Below are positions 1 to 10,721 of a DNA stretch of 64,000 nt, piece by piece. Source of the DNA: an uncultured Planctomycetota bacterium (lineage in GTDB: Bacteria; Planctomycetota; Planctomycetia; Isosphaerales; Isosphaeraceae); the NCBI GenBank assembly GCA_963823665.1, contig CAWGMQ010000006.1, forward strand, positions 192,001 to 256,000. Reading direction: 5' to 3'. The translations under genes and the position numbers were made by a program. The notes below the pieces were generated by a model, which was not told the DNA's origin, did no database searches, and saw only the letters and a list, made by a program, of their open reading frames with translations. How positions within the stretch are numbered: the first letter of the stretch is position 1; each line of letters opens with the position of its first letter.

Positions 1-395
1 AGCATCGACGGCGACGTCTCGCCCGGGTTGCCACCCGCCGTGACCGGCATGTTGGACAGAGCCGGAACCGCCTCTGGACTGTCGGTTGTGAGGTCCGAAC
101 CAATCGTGATGACCTCGGCCCGGGGTACCAGGAACTTCTCCTGAGTACGAACCGAGTATTCCTGAACGATCGACTGCACGGTCTCACTGATGTCAGGGAA
201 CTCCGCCGTCCTGTAGTGCAGGATGTCGATGTCGCTCAGCCAGGTTTGGCTGTCCCAAGCAGTCGAACCACATAGGACGGCGACCCCGGCCCGGAATGGT
301 GCCGAATTGGCCACCTTGCCGGCGAGCCAGCGAAAGTCCGTCATTGGAATGCGCGTGCCGTTCGTCAGTTCAACATAGTCTAAGAATCGTGGCAT
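1..395 (-). CDS. Putative Pol-beta-superfamily nucleotidyltransferase, N-terminal part (runs off window edge)
   Basis: Manual translation from ATG 395: MPRFLDYVELTNGTRIPMTDFRWLAGKVANSAPFRAGVAVLCGSTAWDSQTWLSDIDILHYRTAEFPD..., open to position 1. Contains an hGS-x10-DID motif. Not in the ORF track. Confidence 0.6.
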   Translation of the reverse strand, partial: MPRFLDYVELTNGTRIPMTDFRWLAGKVANSAPFRAGVAVLCGSTAWDSQTWLSDIDILHYRTAEFPDISETVQSIVQEYSVRTQEKFLVPRAEVITIGSDLTTDSPEAVPALSNMPVTAGGNPGETSPSM

Positions 396-1110
396 GGACT
401 CGACCCGCTATAGACGGTGAGATGTCCGGCGCCTACGTTGGCGGTCACGGCCCGGCGCGACCAGCCGGCCTGGTCTGTGCCCGGTATTGTCGCGTCGCAC
501 GGCTCGGCCCGGTACCCCACTTTGGTCGGGCAGACTGGTCGCGGTGTTAACCCCAGGCTGGCTAGCCCGCCAGTACATGCGCTGGACCGAATGCGAGGCC
601 CGAGATCTGCGAATTACCCCTATCTTATGGTTTCCCCGGAGCGCGTACAACCACCCGAGATGATTCTGGGAAGGATTGGCGCGGCCCCTCAGCGAAGCTC
701 CCTGATGCCCGGGTAAAGGTGTCAGGAACCGAAAACACTGCAAGAATCCCACGCAAGTCCTGACTCATGAAACAGACGTCCGCGCCATAATACATCCGCC
801 CGAGCTGTCACCCGCGCCGACCGCCCGGACCCGTCGATGATCACAGCACTTCGCCCAATTCTTGACGAAGGTGAGTTCCACGAGAACCTCTTCGCCGCGG
901 AATAGGTCGCACACCGAGCGCTCCTTGATCTGATCCAAACTCCCACCCGGCCTGCGTCCCCGGCAGGATCTCTACTTCTTCTTCGTTACCTTAGTTACCT
1001 TATGTTCAATCTTGAATTCGTACCGGCCCTGGCAACGCCGGTTCACCACGTAAGCGCTGTTGAACGCTGCAAACATGAACCACCTTGCGCCCGAAGTCCT
1101 CGAACAACCC

Positions 1111-1734
1111 TCAATCCGGAAGCCGCCCCCCTAGCGCCGTCTTCAACTGCTCCCGCGCCGCCACCCATAGCCGCTTCACCTTGGCTTCCGAGAGCCCGAG
1201 CACCATCGACGCCTCTGTCTGCGTCATCCCGTGGTACCACACCAGGTCGAACACACAGCGCTCGCCTGCCGGCAACTGTTCGATCAACAGGTGAAAATCT
1301 TTCCAGAACGCCAGCTCCTGCTGGTCTTGATTGCCTTGCACCACCGGCTCGACGACCGGCCGCCAGTCGTCCTCCAGCGACCCGCCGACCTTCGCGACTT
1401 CGTGGTTCGCCCCCAGCCCCTGCGGGCCGAAATAATGCCGGCATAAATCAATCAGCTCCCGGCGTATTTGCAGGGCGGCCAGGGAGAAGAAGTCCTGCAC
1501 CGAGCTGACCGGCGTCGAGTCCATCGCGCGCAGCAGCCGCACGATCGCGTTTTGCAAAACATCGTCGATGTCGACCCAGCGCTCGAGCCGGTCGTACTTC
1601 TGCATCATCTTGCCGACCAGCCCGCGCAGCCGCGCGCAGGCATGACGAATCAGCTCGTCGCGGGCCGATTGATCGCCGGCGTTCAGCCGGTCGATCCATG
1701 CCTGAAGCTCAGCCGCAGATTCCATCGCCATCAA
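1111..1734 (-). CDS. ECF sigma-70 factor (planctomycete type)
   Basis: Region 2-like GDQSARDELIRHACARLRGL...DIDDVLQNA; region 4 LPAGERCVFDLVWYHGMTQTEASMVLGLSEAKVKRLW. Confidence 0.85.
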   Translation of the reverse strand: MMAMESAAELQAWIDRLNAGDQSARDELIRHACARLRGLVGKMMQKYDRLERWVDIDDVLQNAIVRLLRAMDSTPVSSVQDFFSLAALQIRRELIDLCRHYFGPQGLGANHEVAKVGGSLEDDWRPVVEPVVQGNQDQQELAFWKDFHLLIEQLPAGERCVFDLVWYHGMTQTEASMVLGLSEAKVKRLWVAAREQLKTALGGRLPD

Positions 1735-1914
1735 AGCAGCCTAATTGCCCCGTTCAGAGGCCGCAACAGAAAATTCGCCGAACCGCGCTGCGCGGTCGCG
1801 GCATCGGCTTCCGCTTTACTGAATAGAGGCTCAAACGAGCCACCCACCACAACGGTGTCCCACCCGTTCTCGAATTCATTTTGACTTCGAACGAGCTAAC
1901 GCAGGAGTACTGCC

Positions 1915-4308
1915 ATGAAATCGCTGTCGATCGCTTTGGAGCGGCTGTCGTTCAATTTGCACCAGGCCAAGAAGGGCCTCATCACCCCTACGACCCGATC
2001 CAGGGCAGCCACACGGCGAGCAACCCGGGCACGGCTGGGACTGGAATGCCTGGAAACCCGGGACTTGATGAGCGGCATGACCCTGGCAAACCCGGTCAGT
2101 GGCGCCACGCCGGCCCCCAACTCGCAGAACCCGCCACTGCTATTGCCCCCCGCGAGCCTGGCCGCGACGCCGGTGTCTCCAACTCAGGTCGATCTCGCTT
2201 GGCAAGACATAGTTGGGAGCGCCCAGCAAGCATTCGTGTACGAGCAGACCGGCTCGGGCAAATGGTCAACGCTCGCCACCCTGAACGGCGATCCGAAGTC
2301 CTACACCGTGACGGGCTTGAACCCCGATTCCGCGTACAACTTTTATATCTACACTTACGGCACAGCACTTACCATCTTCAGCGGGGGATTTTACTACATC
2401 AACAGCACGTCGTCGAACGTGGCGAGCGCGACCACATTTCTCCCGCTTCAGGGATCACCGACTCTCACCGCGACGGCAGCCTCGTCGACGGCGGTAAACC
2501 TCACATGGACGCCCGTATCAGGAGTGCAACAGTACACAGCGAGCTGGTCGCAGAACCCCGGAGGTCAAGTTCAATCGACGCTGTTAAGCCAGAGCACGTT
2601 GCAGTGGCAGGTCACGGGCTTGAGCCCCTATACGAGCTATAACTTCCAGGTCACCGCGGACGATGGCGTGAATACCTCGAGCCCGTCCAACGTTCAGACG
2701 GTGACCACATTGCAAACCAGCCCGACGGTCACGGCGACTCCTTCGTCGACGGGAATCTACCTCTCCTGGAACAACCTCCCCGGTAGCATGGACTATATGG
2801 TATACGGGATGCAGAACGGCACCTGGCAACCGATCGCGAACGTCGGCACCGTCACCGACTATCCGTATGGCGGTCTGACTCCATACACGACGTACGACTT
2901 GAAGGTAGGTGCGGTCGGCCCCTGGGGCATAGCCTGGTCGAGCCCCCAGAACGTGACGACGCTCCCGCCGACCGTTACGTTGAACGCGACGGCGGTTTCC
3001 GCGAGCCAGGCTAACCTCACGTGGAACAGCGCGCCCGGTACCACCGAATACGACGTCTATTGCAGCCAGGCCGGCTCCCCCTGGGATTTTTGCGGTTCAA
3101 CAACCACGGGTACCAGCTACTCAGTGCCCGGCCTGAGTTCCGCCTCCAACTGGAGCTTCAAAATAGGTGATGTCGGCCCGTGGGGCCTCAATTGGTCGAA
3201 TGTCCAGACCGTTCTCACTTTCCCGGTGGCACCGGCCATTTCTATCGCGGCGAGCTCCTCCACTCAGGTGATAATCCAGAACGTCTATTCCGGCGGTGCC
3301 ACCGGCTACTATATCGATGAGATGGTCAAAGGGGCGTGGCAGCAGGTCGCCAATCTGAGCGCAAATACCAACATCTCCGCCGGATACACTTACGATGTTA
3401 ACGGCTTGAACCCCAACACCACGTATCAATTCCAGGTCGGGGCCTACAACGCATCGGGCACGAGCTGGACAGCCGCAAAGACCGTCACGACATTCCCGGC
3501 CGCCCCAACGGTCTCGGCGTCGATTTCTTCGACACAGATCAATTTCTCGTGGGCAACCGTGCCCGGCGCCACCGCCTACGGAATCGATGAGCTGGAAGGT
3601 GGGCTTTGGCAGCAGGTCGCCAGCCTGGGCAGCACCGCAACCAGCGACTCGGTGACCGGCTTGAGCCCCGACACCACGTACAGCTTCAAGTTCAGCGCTT
3701 CAAATTCGGCAGGCACGAGCTGGACGAATTCCGAAAACGTGACCACTTCTCCCGCCACCCCGGTGTTCACCCTCTCGGCGGTCTCCCCGACGCAAGTCAA
3801 TGTCGCGTGGAACAGCGTCCCCGGCGCCAGCGAGTACCTGATCGAGGTGTGGACTGGTGGCGTCTTGACGCAGAACATCGTCGTGGCCCCAAGCCCCACC
3901 AGCTACGCGGTCACCGGCCTGAACCCGGAAACCAACTATCAGTTTCAGGTTTTCGCCCTCAGCCTGTTGGGCACCAGTGCCGCGAACACCGAAACCATCA
4001 CCACGCCCCCGGCCGCCCCTGTGGTCACCTTGTCGGCGTCTTCCGCGGTACAGATGAACGTGGCGTGGAACGCCGTGGCCGGGGCCACCAGCTACCTGGT
4101 AGAGGAATTGGAAGGCAGCACCTGGGTTCAGGTCGGCGACGTGGCCGCCACGACGACCTCGCTCTTGGTCGGCAGCTTGCTCCCCAACACCAGTTACGAA
4201 TTCCGAGTTGCCGCCGTCAGCCCCTCAGGCACGACCTGGTCAACGGCCCAGACCGCACGGACACCTGCACTCCACTTCACTCCAGTCCCAGTCGTCACTG
4301 TTGCGTAG
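1915..4308 (+). CDS. Extracellular protein with eight fibronectin type III repeats
   Basis: CAGGAG RBS before ATG. N-terminal RLGLECLETRDLMS planctomycete extracellular motif. Eight units of the pattern 'tAvSstqvnlsW...vtGLxPxTxYxFxV'. Confidence 0.85.
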   Translation: MKSLSIALERLSFNLHQAKKGLITPTTRSRAATRRATRARLGLECLETRDLMSGMTLANPVSGATPAPNSQNPPLLLPPASLAATPVSPTQVDLAWQDIVGSAQQAFVYEQTGSGKWSTLATLNGDPKSYTVTGLNPDSAYNFYIYTYGTALTIFSGGFYYINSTSSNVASATTFLPLQGSPTLTATAASSTAVNLTWTPVSGVQQYTASWSQNPGGQVQSTLLSQSTLQWQVTGLSPYTSYNFQVTADDGVNTSSPSNVQTVTTLQTSPTVTATPSSTGIYLSWNNLPGSMDYMVYGMQNGTWQPIANVGTVTDYPYGGLTPYTTYDLKVGAVGPWGIAWSSPQNVTTLPPTVTLNATAVSASQANLTWNSAPGTTEYDVYCSQAGSPWDFCGSTTTGTSYSVPGLSSASNWSFKIGDVGPWGLNWSNVQTVLTFPVAPAISIAASSSTQVIIQNVYSGGATGYYIDEMVKGAWQQVANLSANTNISAGYTYDVNGLNPNTTYQFQVGAYNASGTSWTAAKTVTTFPAAPTVSASISSTQINFSWATVPGATAYGIDELEGGLWQQVASLGSTATSDSVTGLSPDTTYSFKFSASNSAGTSWTNSENVTTSPATPVFTLSAVSPTQVNVAWNSVPGASEYLIEVWTGGVLTQNIVVAPSPTSYAVTGLNPETNYQFQVFALSLLGTSAANTETITTPPAAPVVTLSASSAVQMNVAWNAVAGATSYLVEELEGSTWVQVGDVAATTTSLLVGSLLPNTSYEFRVAAVSPSGTTWSTAQTARTPALHFTPVPVVTVA

Positions 4309-4334
4309 TCGGCCAGGTCACGAGATTGCGGTCT

Positions 4335-4362
4335 GACCCCCGAATCGAAAGATTCGGGGGTC
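4335..4362. repeat. Perfect 12-bp hairpin GACCCCCGAATC-GAAA-GATTCGGGGGTC (REP-like or terminator-like)
   Basis: Perfect inverted repeat 27 bp downstream of the FN3 gene stop; no U-tract. Confidence 0.6.
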
Positions 4363-4363
4363 T

Positions 4364-4792
4364 GATGCGTCACCAGCCCTGTACGTCATCGAGAACGTAG
4401 TCTCCGACCAGGGAACTGTTGACACACGAAGCCTCGTCCGGCTGTCGATGAACCGTGAGAACAAACTCGTAAGAGAGACCCTCGTGTCCAGGGACCAGCG
4501 TTTCTTCGGCCACTTCGGCGGCCATCAAATCGCCCTGGGCCGGTTCATCGTAACCAGCTACGGCGGGGTCATTGACATCCAGGCCAAGAAGGTCATTCTC
4601 GACGAGCAGGACGGGAAGTTGCTCGGCCTCGAGGAAGAGAAGCGTCGTTCCGTCTACCACAATGGCAAGCTCATCGGTCAGTGGGTGTTTAACCCCGTGC
4701 AGTCCGAGACCGTCCCGGGACTTCTCGCCTTCGCCTACGTCCAGCCGGATAAGAATGCAAATCTGGGGTACCCGGACGGCGTCGCTGTTTGA
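4364..4792 (+). pseudogene. Hypothetical gene remnant starting at the hairpin
   Basis: Frame of ORF 4448-4792 stays open and protein-like upstream (ASPALYVIENVVSDQGTVDTRSLVRLS) back into the hairpin, with no earlier start codon or RBS; ends abruptly at DGVAV-TGA. Confidence 0.4.
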
Positions 4793-4872
4793 AACAAACA
4801 CGTTGGTGACTTGCGATCGATCAAAATTCCGGTGAATGACTTGATCGGTTGGTCAAAGTAGCCCCGCCCCGA

Positions 4873-7800
4873 TCACTGTTTGGCCCCGGCGATCGCCTCG
4901 ACCGCCGCTTCAGCCGCGCGACGGACTTCATCGTCAGCATCACCAAGTCGCTCACGCAGCCGGTCAAGCGCGGCGCGCGCATCATCGCCCATCGAGCCCA
5001 GGGCCCGCGCGGCCCCGAGTCTCACCATAGCCGACGAATCAGCCAAGGCCGCGACCAGATCGGGTACGACATCTCTGCCGACGTACCCCAGCGCCGCCGA
5101 CGCCCCGGCGCGGATCCGCTCGTCCGGGTCCTTGAGCGCCGCGAGCAACGCATCGCGCGGCTCCTTGAATCGTGCGCGAGCCTGCTCGGTGGTCTCACCC
5201 TCCTGCCGTTTCCATCTCGAGTCGGTCATCCGCGAGAGCACATACGCCGCGCGGTCCCGCAAATTCTTGTCGTCGTTCCGCAGCAGCGCCCGCAACGACG
5301 AAAACGCGGGCATCCCGATCGTCTCCAGCCCGTCCGCGGCAGCGTTCTTCACTTCCCCGTCGCTCTCTCGCATCATCGCGACCAGGACAGGGATGACCCG
5401 GTCATCACGCGAACCGATCTTCCCCAGCGATTCGGTGGCGTGCTCTCGAACCACACGGTCTGGATCCTTGAGCGCCGCGACCAGGCCGGAAACGGCCGCC
5501 GCGGCGGCAGATCCATTGCCAATAGGTCCAATCGCCTCTGCAGCGGCCGCGCGCGTCTCCTCGTCGGGATCCGCAAGTGCCCGGACCAGTTCGGGGATCG
5601 CGGCCGACGCGTCAGGGCCGACCTCGCCCAGCGCCGCGATCGCCAGCCGGCGGATATTCGAGTCGCGGTCGCGCAGAACGGCGATCAGCGCGGTAACCGC
5701 CGGCGCCCCAATATGCCCGAGCGCCGTCGCAGCGTTGTCGGCCACGAACCACTTGGAGTCGCGTAACAACCGAACGAGTCCGGGCACCGCCGGCGCGGCA
5801 TCGCGGCCAATGCCTCCCAGCGCCTCGGCGGCCGCCGCTCGCCGGCCTTCGTCGCCGTCGCCCAGCATCTCGGTAAGCGCGGCAATCCCAGCGCGGGCAT
5901 CGGGACCGATTTGCCCCAGCGCCTTCGCCGCCGCAACAGCCAACCCGTCGGCCTTGCTGATCATCCCACCGAAACCCATAGTGCCCGGCGCGCCCGGCAC
6001 GTCATCCGTTGATCGCAAAAGGCGAATCAACTCCGGCACGGCATCCTTCGCCGCCGGCCCGATCTCCCCAAGCACACCAGCCGCGTACCAGCAGGTAAGC
6101 AAGTCGCCATCTTTGAGCGCGTCAATCAAAGCCGGAATCGCCGGCACAGCCGCGGCGCCAAACCCGCCCAGGGTCTGGATCGCGCCGACCCGCAGCATCT
6201 GCCCATTGCCGGAACCGCCGCTCCGATTGCCGTTGCCGCCGCCGATGGGCGAGGCCAGCCGGATGCGGGCACCCGGCGCCATGCGCGTGGTCCGGTCCTT
6301 GACCATCTCGATGAGAGCCGGCACAGCCCACTCGCCTCCCCCGAGCGAATAAAGCCCCCAGGCAACAGCCCATCGAACCTCAGTGTCAGAGTCCTTCAGG
6401 GCCGCGACCAGCGCACGACCGGCCTGGGAGCGGAGCCGCAGTCCCCGCTCGCGGGCCTCGGCCTGGGCCGGATCGGGCTTTTCGTCCCCGAGCTGATCGT
6501 CGGGGCGCGGCAAGTCATCGGCAAGCCCCGCGAGTGCATAAGCGGCCGCGGTCCTCACCTCCGCATCGGGATCTTTCAGCCCTTCGATCAGGGCGACGCC
6601 CGCCGATGCGTCCAGTGCCTCAAGAGCCTCGTCGTATTTCCATTCGTTCACGTCCCCCGCTCGAATGGCCTCGAGCAGTGACTGGGCCGCGGCCTCGCCG
6701 CTCGGCGCCACGGCGACGAGCAGCCTGCGCGCCTCCGCGCGGACTTTCTCGTCCTCGTCGCGGGCGAGCTCGCGCAGCGCCGGGATCGCATCACGCGCGT
6801 CCGGACCAGAGCGCGCTTTCTCGCCGAACTTCTCGACCACCCCTGGTCCGCGGACCTCCGTCAGGACTCCCAGGACCCCGACCTTGATGGACCGCGGTGT
6901 ACTCGGCTTGGCCAGCAGCCCGAAAAGGGGTGAAGAGACCTTGTCGCCCAGCATCTGAAGTGCCCACGAGGCCCGCCGGCTCACTCGTCCGTCGGGGTCG
7001 CCAAGACAAGTGGTCAGCCGATCGATCATCGCGGACTTCGCGCTCGGGCCAATCGCCTCGAGCGCCCAGGCCGCCTTGGCCGAGACGTAAGCATCGCCGG
7101 CGTAATTCTCGTCGGGGTCGCCCAGGGCTTCCAGCAGCGCAGGCGTCGCATCCTTCGCCGCCGGGCCAAACTGGGAGAGCGACTCTCCCGCGGCCCGGCG
7201 GACATTGACATCCGGGTCTTTGAGCCGCGCGATCAGCAAGGGTACCGAAGCCGGAGCGTCTCCCTTGAAGACTGGCAGCAGCCGCGCCACCGCCGCACGA
7301 ACACGCGGATCGGAGTCGCCCAGTGCCGCCCGCAGTGCCGCGGGAGCCGCCGGGTTCTGGACCAGCCCCGGGCTGTCGTGGAATTGCCCGCCGTCGTTGG
7401 AAAACCACTCGGCGTGGGCTCGATCGAGTCTCGCGGCCACCGCGGCGCGCACGTCGGCGTCCGCATCCTTGAGCGCGGTGAGCAACGTCGCCACCGCCGC
7501 ATCCGTCTTGAGAGCATCCTCATCGATCGCGCCCGCCGCAACTCGGCGGACACGAGGGTCAGAATCCTTCAAGAGCGCGAACACGACCGCCCGCGATCCC
7601 GCCGGTACGCTCCCAACCCGGCCGAACGCCCGCAGGGCCGCGACACGCACCTCGGCCACAGGGTCGCTCAAAGCAGTGACGAGCTCCGGGATAACCGCCG
7701 AAGCCTCCGAGCCGATATCACGCAGCGCGCCGGCGGCCGCGGCACGCACGCCCGGATCGGCGTCCTTGAGTGCCTCAGCCAGGGGCTTGATCGCTCCCCG

Positions 7801-9044
7801 AGCGATCGTCCGCGAGCTGTATTGCGCCGCCTGCCGTTCCCAGCCGATGCGGCCGAGCGTCTCCGCGGCGCAGGCGCGGAAACCTGGGTCGGGATCCTTC
7901 AGGCTCGCGATGAGCGCGGGTGCGGCGTCCCTCGCACCGATGCCGCCGAGGGCCGCGGCGGCCTCCCGACGCAAGTCCGTGTCGAAGAGCAGTGCGATCA
8001 ACCGGGGCACCGCCGACTTTGCATCGTCCCCCAGGAACCCCAGCGCCCGCAAGGCGATAACGCGGGATTCACGCTCGGGGGCGCCGAGCCGCTCCACGAG
8101 CGCGGAGACGGCCGCCGGCCCGATCGCGCGGAGAGCGGCCTGATACACCGAAGGCCGCGGCTCGCCTTCGCGCTGCCAGAAGTCAAAGCTTGGCGCGCGC
8201 GAGCCCTTCGGGTCTTCGGCGGCCTCCTTGTCGCCCAGCGCTGCCACGAGCGCCGGGATTGCGGCCTTGGCCCGCGCTCCCAGCGTTTCGAGCGCCGCGC
8301 CGCGCCGCCGCGGACCTTCGGGTCTCGATCGCGCAAGCCGCGGATGAGCGGCTCGACGGCTTCAGGACCGGCCCCCGCCAGGGCCGCGGCGATATTCTCG
8401 CGGGTCTCTCGGTCGGGCACACGCAGCGCCTCGATCAAGCCCGGGATAAACGGCCGAACCGCGGGACCGTTGTGGCTCAACGAGAGTGCGGCCATCCGCC
8501 GCAACCTCTGGTCATTGTCACTCAACAAATCGATCAGAACGGGGACGGCCGGCTCGCCCAGCGCTGCGAGTGCGTATACCACTACTGGCGTGCGCCGGTC
8601 CTCCCCAGCGCGAAGGTTGGCAACAAATGCCGGCACCGCAACCTTGGGGTCCGGCTTCGCGACCTGGAGCGCCCACGCCGCCGCGGTGCGTACGCCGCTG
8701 TCCGGATCGTCGAGCGCTGCAAGCAAAGCCGGGACCGCGGGCGTGGCCGCAGGGCCGATCCGGTGCAGCACATCCGCCGTCGCCTTCCGAACTTTCGCGT
8801 CTTGGTCGGAGAGCCCAGCGATGAGCGAGGGCACCGCCGGCGCCGCACGAGGCCCAAACCGCTTCAGCCGCTGGAGCGCCTGGAGTCGTGCGTTCGGATC
8901 CCCCCCACGCCAGCTTTCCAGCGCGGCAGCCAACCGGCGGTCGGAGATTTGCGCCTCCTGCGCCCGTCCCGCACTCCAGAGTGAGCCACTCGCCATAAGA
9001 GTGCCCAACACAACCGGAAGTGAACGGCTTGCCCGCCTTAACAT
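4873..9044 (-). CDS. Large secreted HEAT/PBS-lyase repeat protein (~1390 aa), one frameshift near 8290
   Basis: ORFs 7998-9101 and 4873-8247 join. Dozens of 'AVPALIxALxDxDxxVRxAAAxALGxIG' repeats. GGAGG before ATG 9044; signal-peptide-like N-terminus. Confidence 0.85.
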
Positions 9045-9220
9045 CGGAAGACCCTCCAGGACCGAACGCGGTGCGGATGCACGCGAGGGTGTCATGGCCA
9101 CCGCCGTGGTAAAAGACGTTCCTCAGTCGCGTCCCATTCGCGCCGCGCCGTCACTGACTAAATGACATTGCACGATCATCCGACTCAGATTGGTGGCACT
9201 AGCTTCGCCGGTGGTTCCGT

Positions 9221-9246
9221 GTAGCAGGCACACTCCGTGTGCCGTC
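9221..9246 (+). repeat. GTAG-type REP-like palindrome GTAGCA-GGCACAC-TCC-GTGTGCC
   Basis: GTAG leader plus perfect 7-bp stem with TCC loop, intergenic. Confidence 0.65.
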
Positions 9247-9364
9247 CGCCGAGGTTGTCGGTCGGTGTCACTGGCTATGCCTTTGCTCCAGCCCGCGCGA
9301 ATCGCCGTCCCGGAATCGCGAAAAGCCATTTAGCCTGACACCCGCTAGAAACCCCGGCGCTCCC

Positions 9365-10206
9365 TCACCTGACGCGACCGTTTACGTAAATCTCAGCCTC
9401 GGGAAGCGAGCGATGCAGTCGATTGGTCGCCTCGTCGCTCACCTGGGCGCCGTCGATGATAACCTGGCGAAGAGACTTCATCGCGCCGATGCGGTCGAGC
9501 CACGCGTCCGTTATCTGCGGGCCGCCGATGTTCAGGGTCCGGAGGTTTGTTAGCCCCACCAGTTTGGCCAATCCGGCGTCCGTGCACTCCTTCGAGCCCA
9601 CGCCAAGGTCCGTCAGGCCGGTCAGGTTCGATAGGGCGGCAAGGCCGGCATCGGTATAGGCACCGCCGCCGATGTAGAGCCGCTTCAATCCGGTAAGCCG
9701 GGCGCGGTTCGCCAGCCCGGCATCGTCCAATGCCGTTCCGGGAATCACCAGGGACTTGAGCTGGCGCAACCCGGCGAGATGGACCAAACCCGAGCCGGTG
9801 ATGCTCGCCCCGGAGAGATTGATTTCCTCGAGGTCCGGCAGCCCTTCCAGATAGGCCAGCGCCGCGTCGGTCAACCCGGGCACCCGCAGGAGCTCGACCT
9901 TCTTGAGGCTTCCCAGCTCGGCGATGAGGCGACGCACCGCAGCACTCTTCGGCTCACTGCGCCACCCGGCGGTGGATCCGCCTCACACAATTCGATCCCG
10001 GAGGCTGCCGATGTGCTTCTGCTCGGCTTGGGCAACGCCGAAACCGCTGCTTCCTCGCGCAGCCGAACCGCGCTCGCTCTCCGATACCGTAAAACCGCAA
10101 GACCGGCACCCGCGACAGCCAGCGACACGAGGACCACCACGATCCAGCCACGTCGCTTCCGCCCACCGCCCACATTAACTCGCGCACTCGCGCAAGCCCC
10201 GCTCAC
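9365..10206 (-). CDS. Leucine-rich repeat protein with N-terminal membrane anchor, frameshifted near 9960
   Basis: ORF 9365-9937 has 'ITDAGLAxLxxLTxLxxLxL' repeats. Upstream ORF 9871-10206 has RKRRGWIVVVLVSLAVAGAGLAVL TM segment. Confidence 0.6.
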
Positions 10207-10302
10207 GTTTGCGTCCTTGCGTCTTGGTGTGAGAACAGTAAGACTGCTCTGATGATTTTGCCTTCCACCATCGCGCCAGTCCGCCCAGGATCAAACAACC
10301 AC

Positions 10303-10689
10303 ATGAAGCGCCTTCCACCCAAGCCGAAAGACATCGACGAATACATCGCCTCATTTCCACCCGAGGTTCAAGCAATCCTCGAGAAGATCCGCGCAACAAT
10401 CCACAAAGTGGCTCCGGACGCAAAGGAGAAGATCAGCTACGGAATGCCAACGTTCGCCTCCTCGGGCAATCTCATTCACTTCGCCGCCTTCAAGAATCAC
10501 ATCGGCCTCTTCCCGCCCGTCAAAGGCGACGCGAAACTCCAGGCCGAGATTGCACCCTACAAAGGCGAGAAGGGGAACCTGAAGTTCCCCCTTGATAAAC
10601 CTATCCCTCACGCCTTGGTCGCCAGAATCGTGAAGTTCCGAGTGAAGGAACAGGCGAGGCGAGCCGAATCAAGAAATCGCACGACGTAG
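10303..10689 (+). CDS. DUF1801 (YdhG-like) domain protein
   Basis: IDEYIASFPPEVQAILEKIRATIHKVAPDAKEKISYGMPTF...HFAAFKNHIGLFP...KGNLKFPLDKPIP. Confidence 0.85.
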   Translation: MKRLPPKPKDIDEYIASFPPEVQAILEKIRATIHKVAPDAKEKISYGMPTFASSGNLIHFAAFKNHIGLFPPVKGDAKLQAEIAPYKGEKGNLKFPLDKPIPHALVARIVKFRVKEQARRAESRNRTT

Positions 10690-10707
10690 GGTCCGCTACT
10701 GCGGACC
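10686..10707 (+). repeat. GTAG-type REP-like palindrome GTAG-GGTCCGC-TACT-GCGGACC
   Basis: Perfect 7-bp stem; its GTAG supplies the TAG stop of the DUF1801 gene. Confidence 0.6.
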
Positions 10708-10721
10708 ATCTTGAACCCCCC

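Noticed and set aside
715..1010. AAAGGTGTCAGGAACC motif and short GTTACCTT direct repeat as repeat-family members; short ORFs at 296-1000
   Set aside because: Single occurrences in this window; the ORFs lack RBS or motifs and overlap in conflicting frames.
4849..9165. Long plus-strand ORFs (4880-6352, 7378-9165) and similar antisense ORFs elsewhere (23899-25263, 53419-55113, 58087-59817)
   Set aside because: Shadow frames of GC-rich genes on the opposite strand, with Ser/Arg/Ala-biased, motif-free translations.
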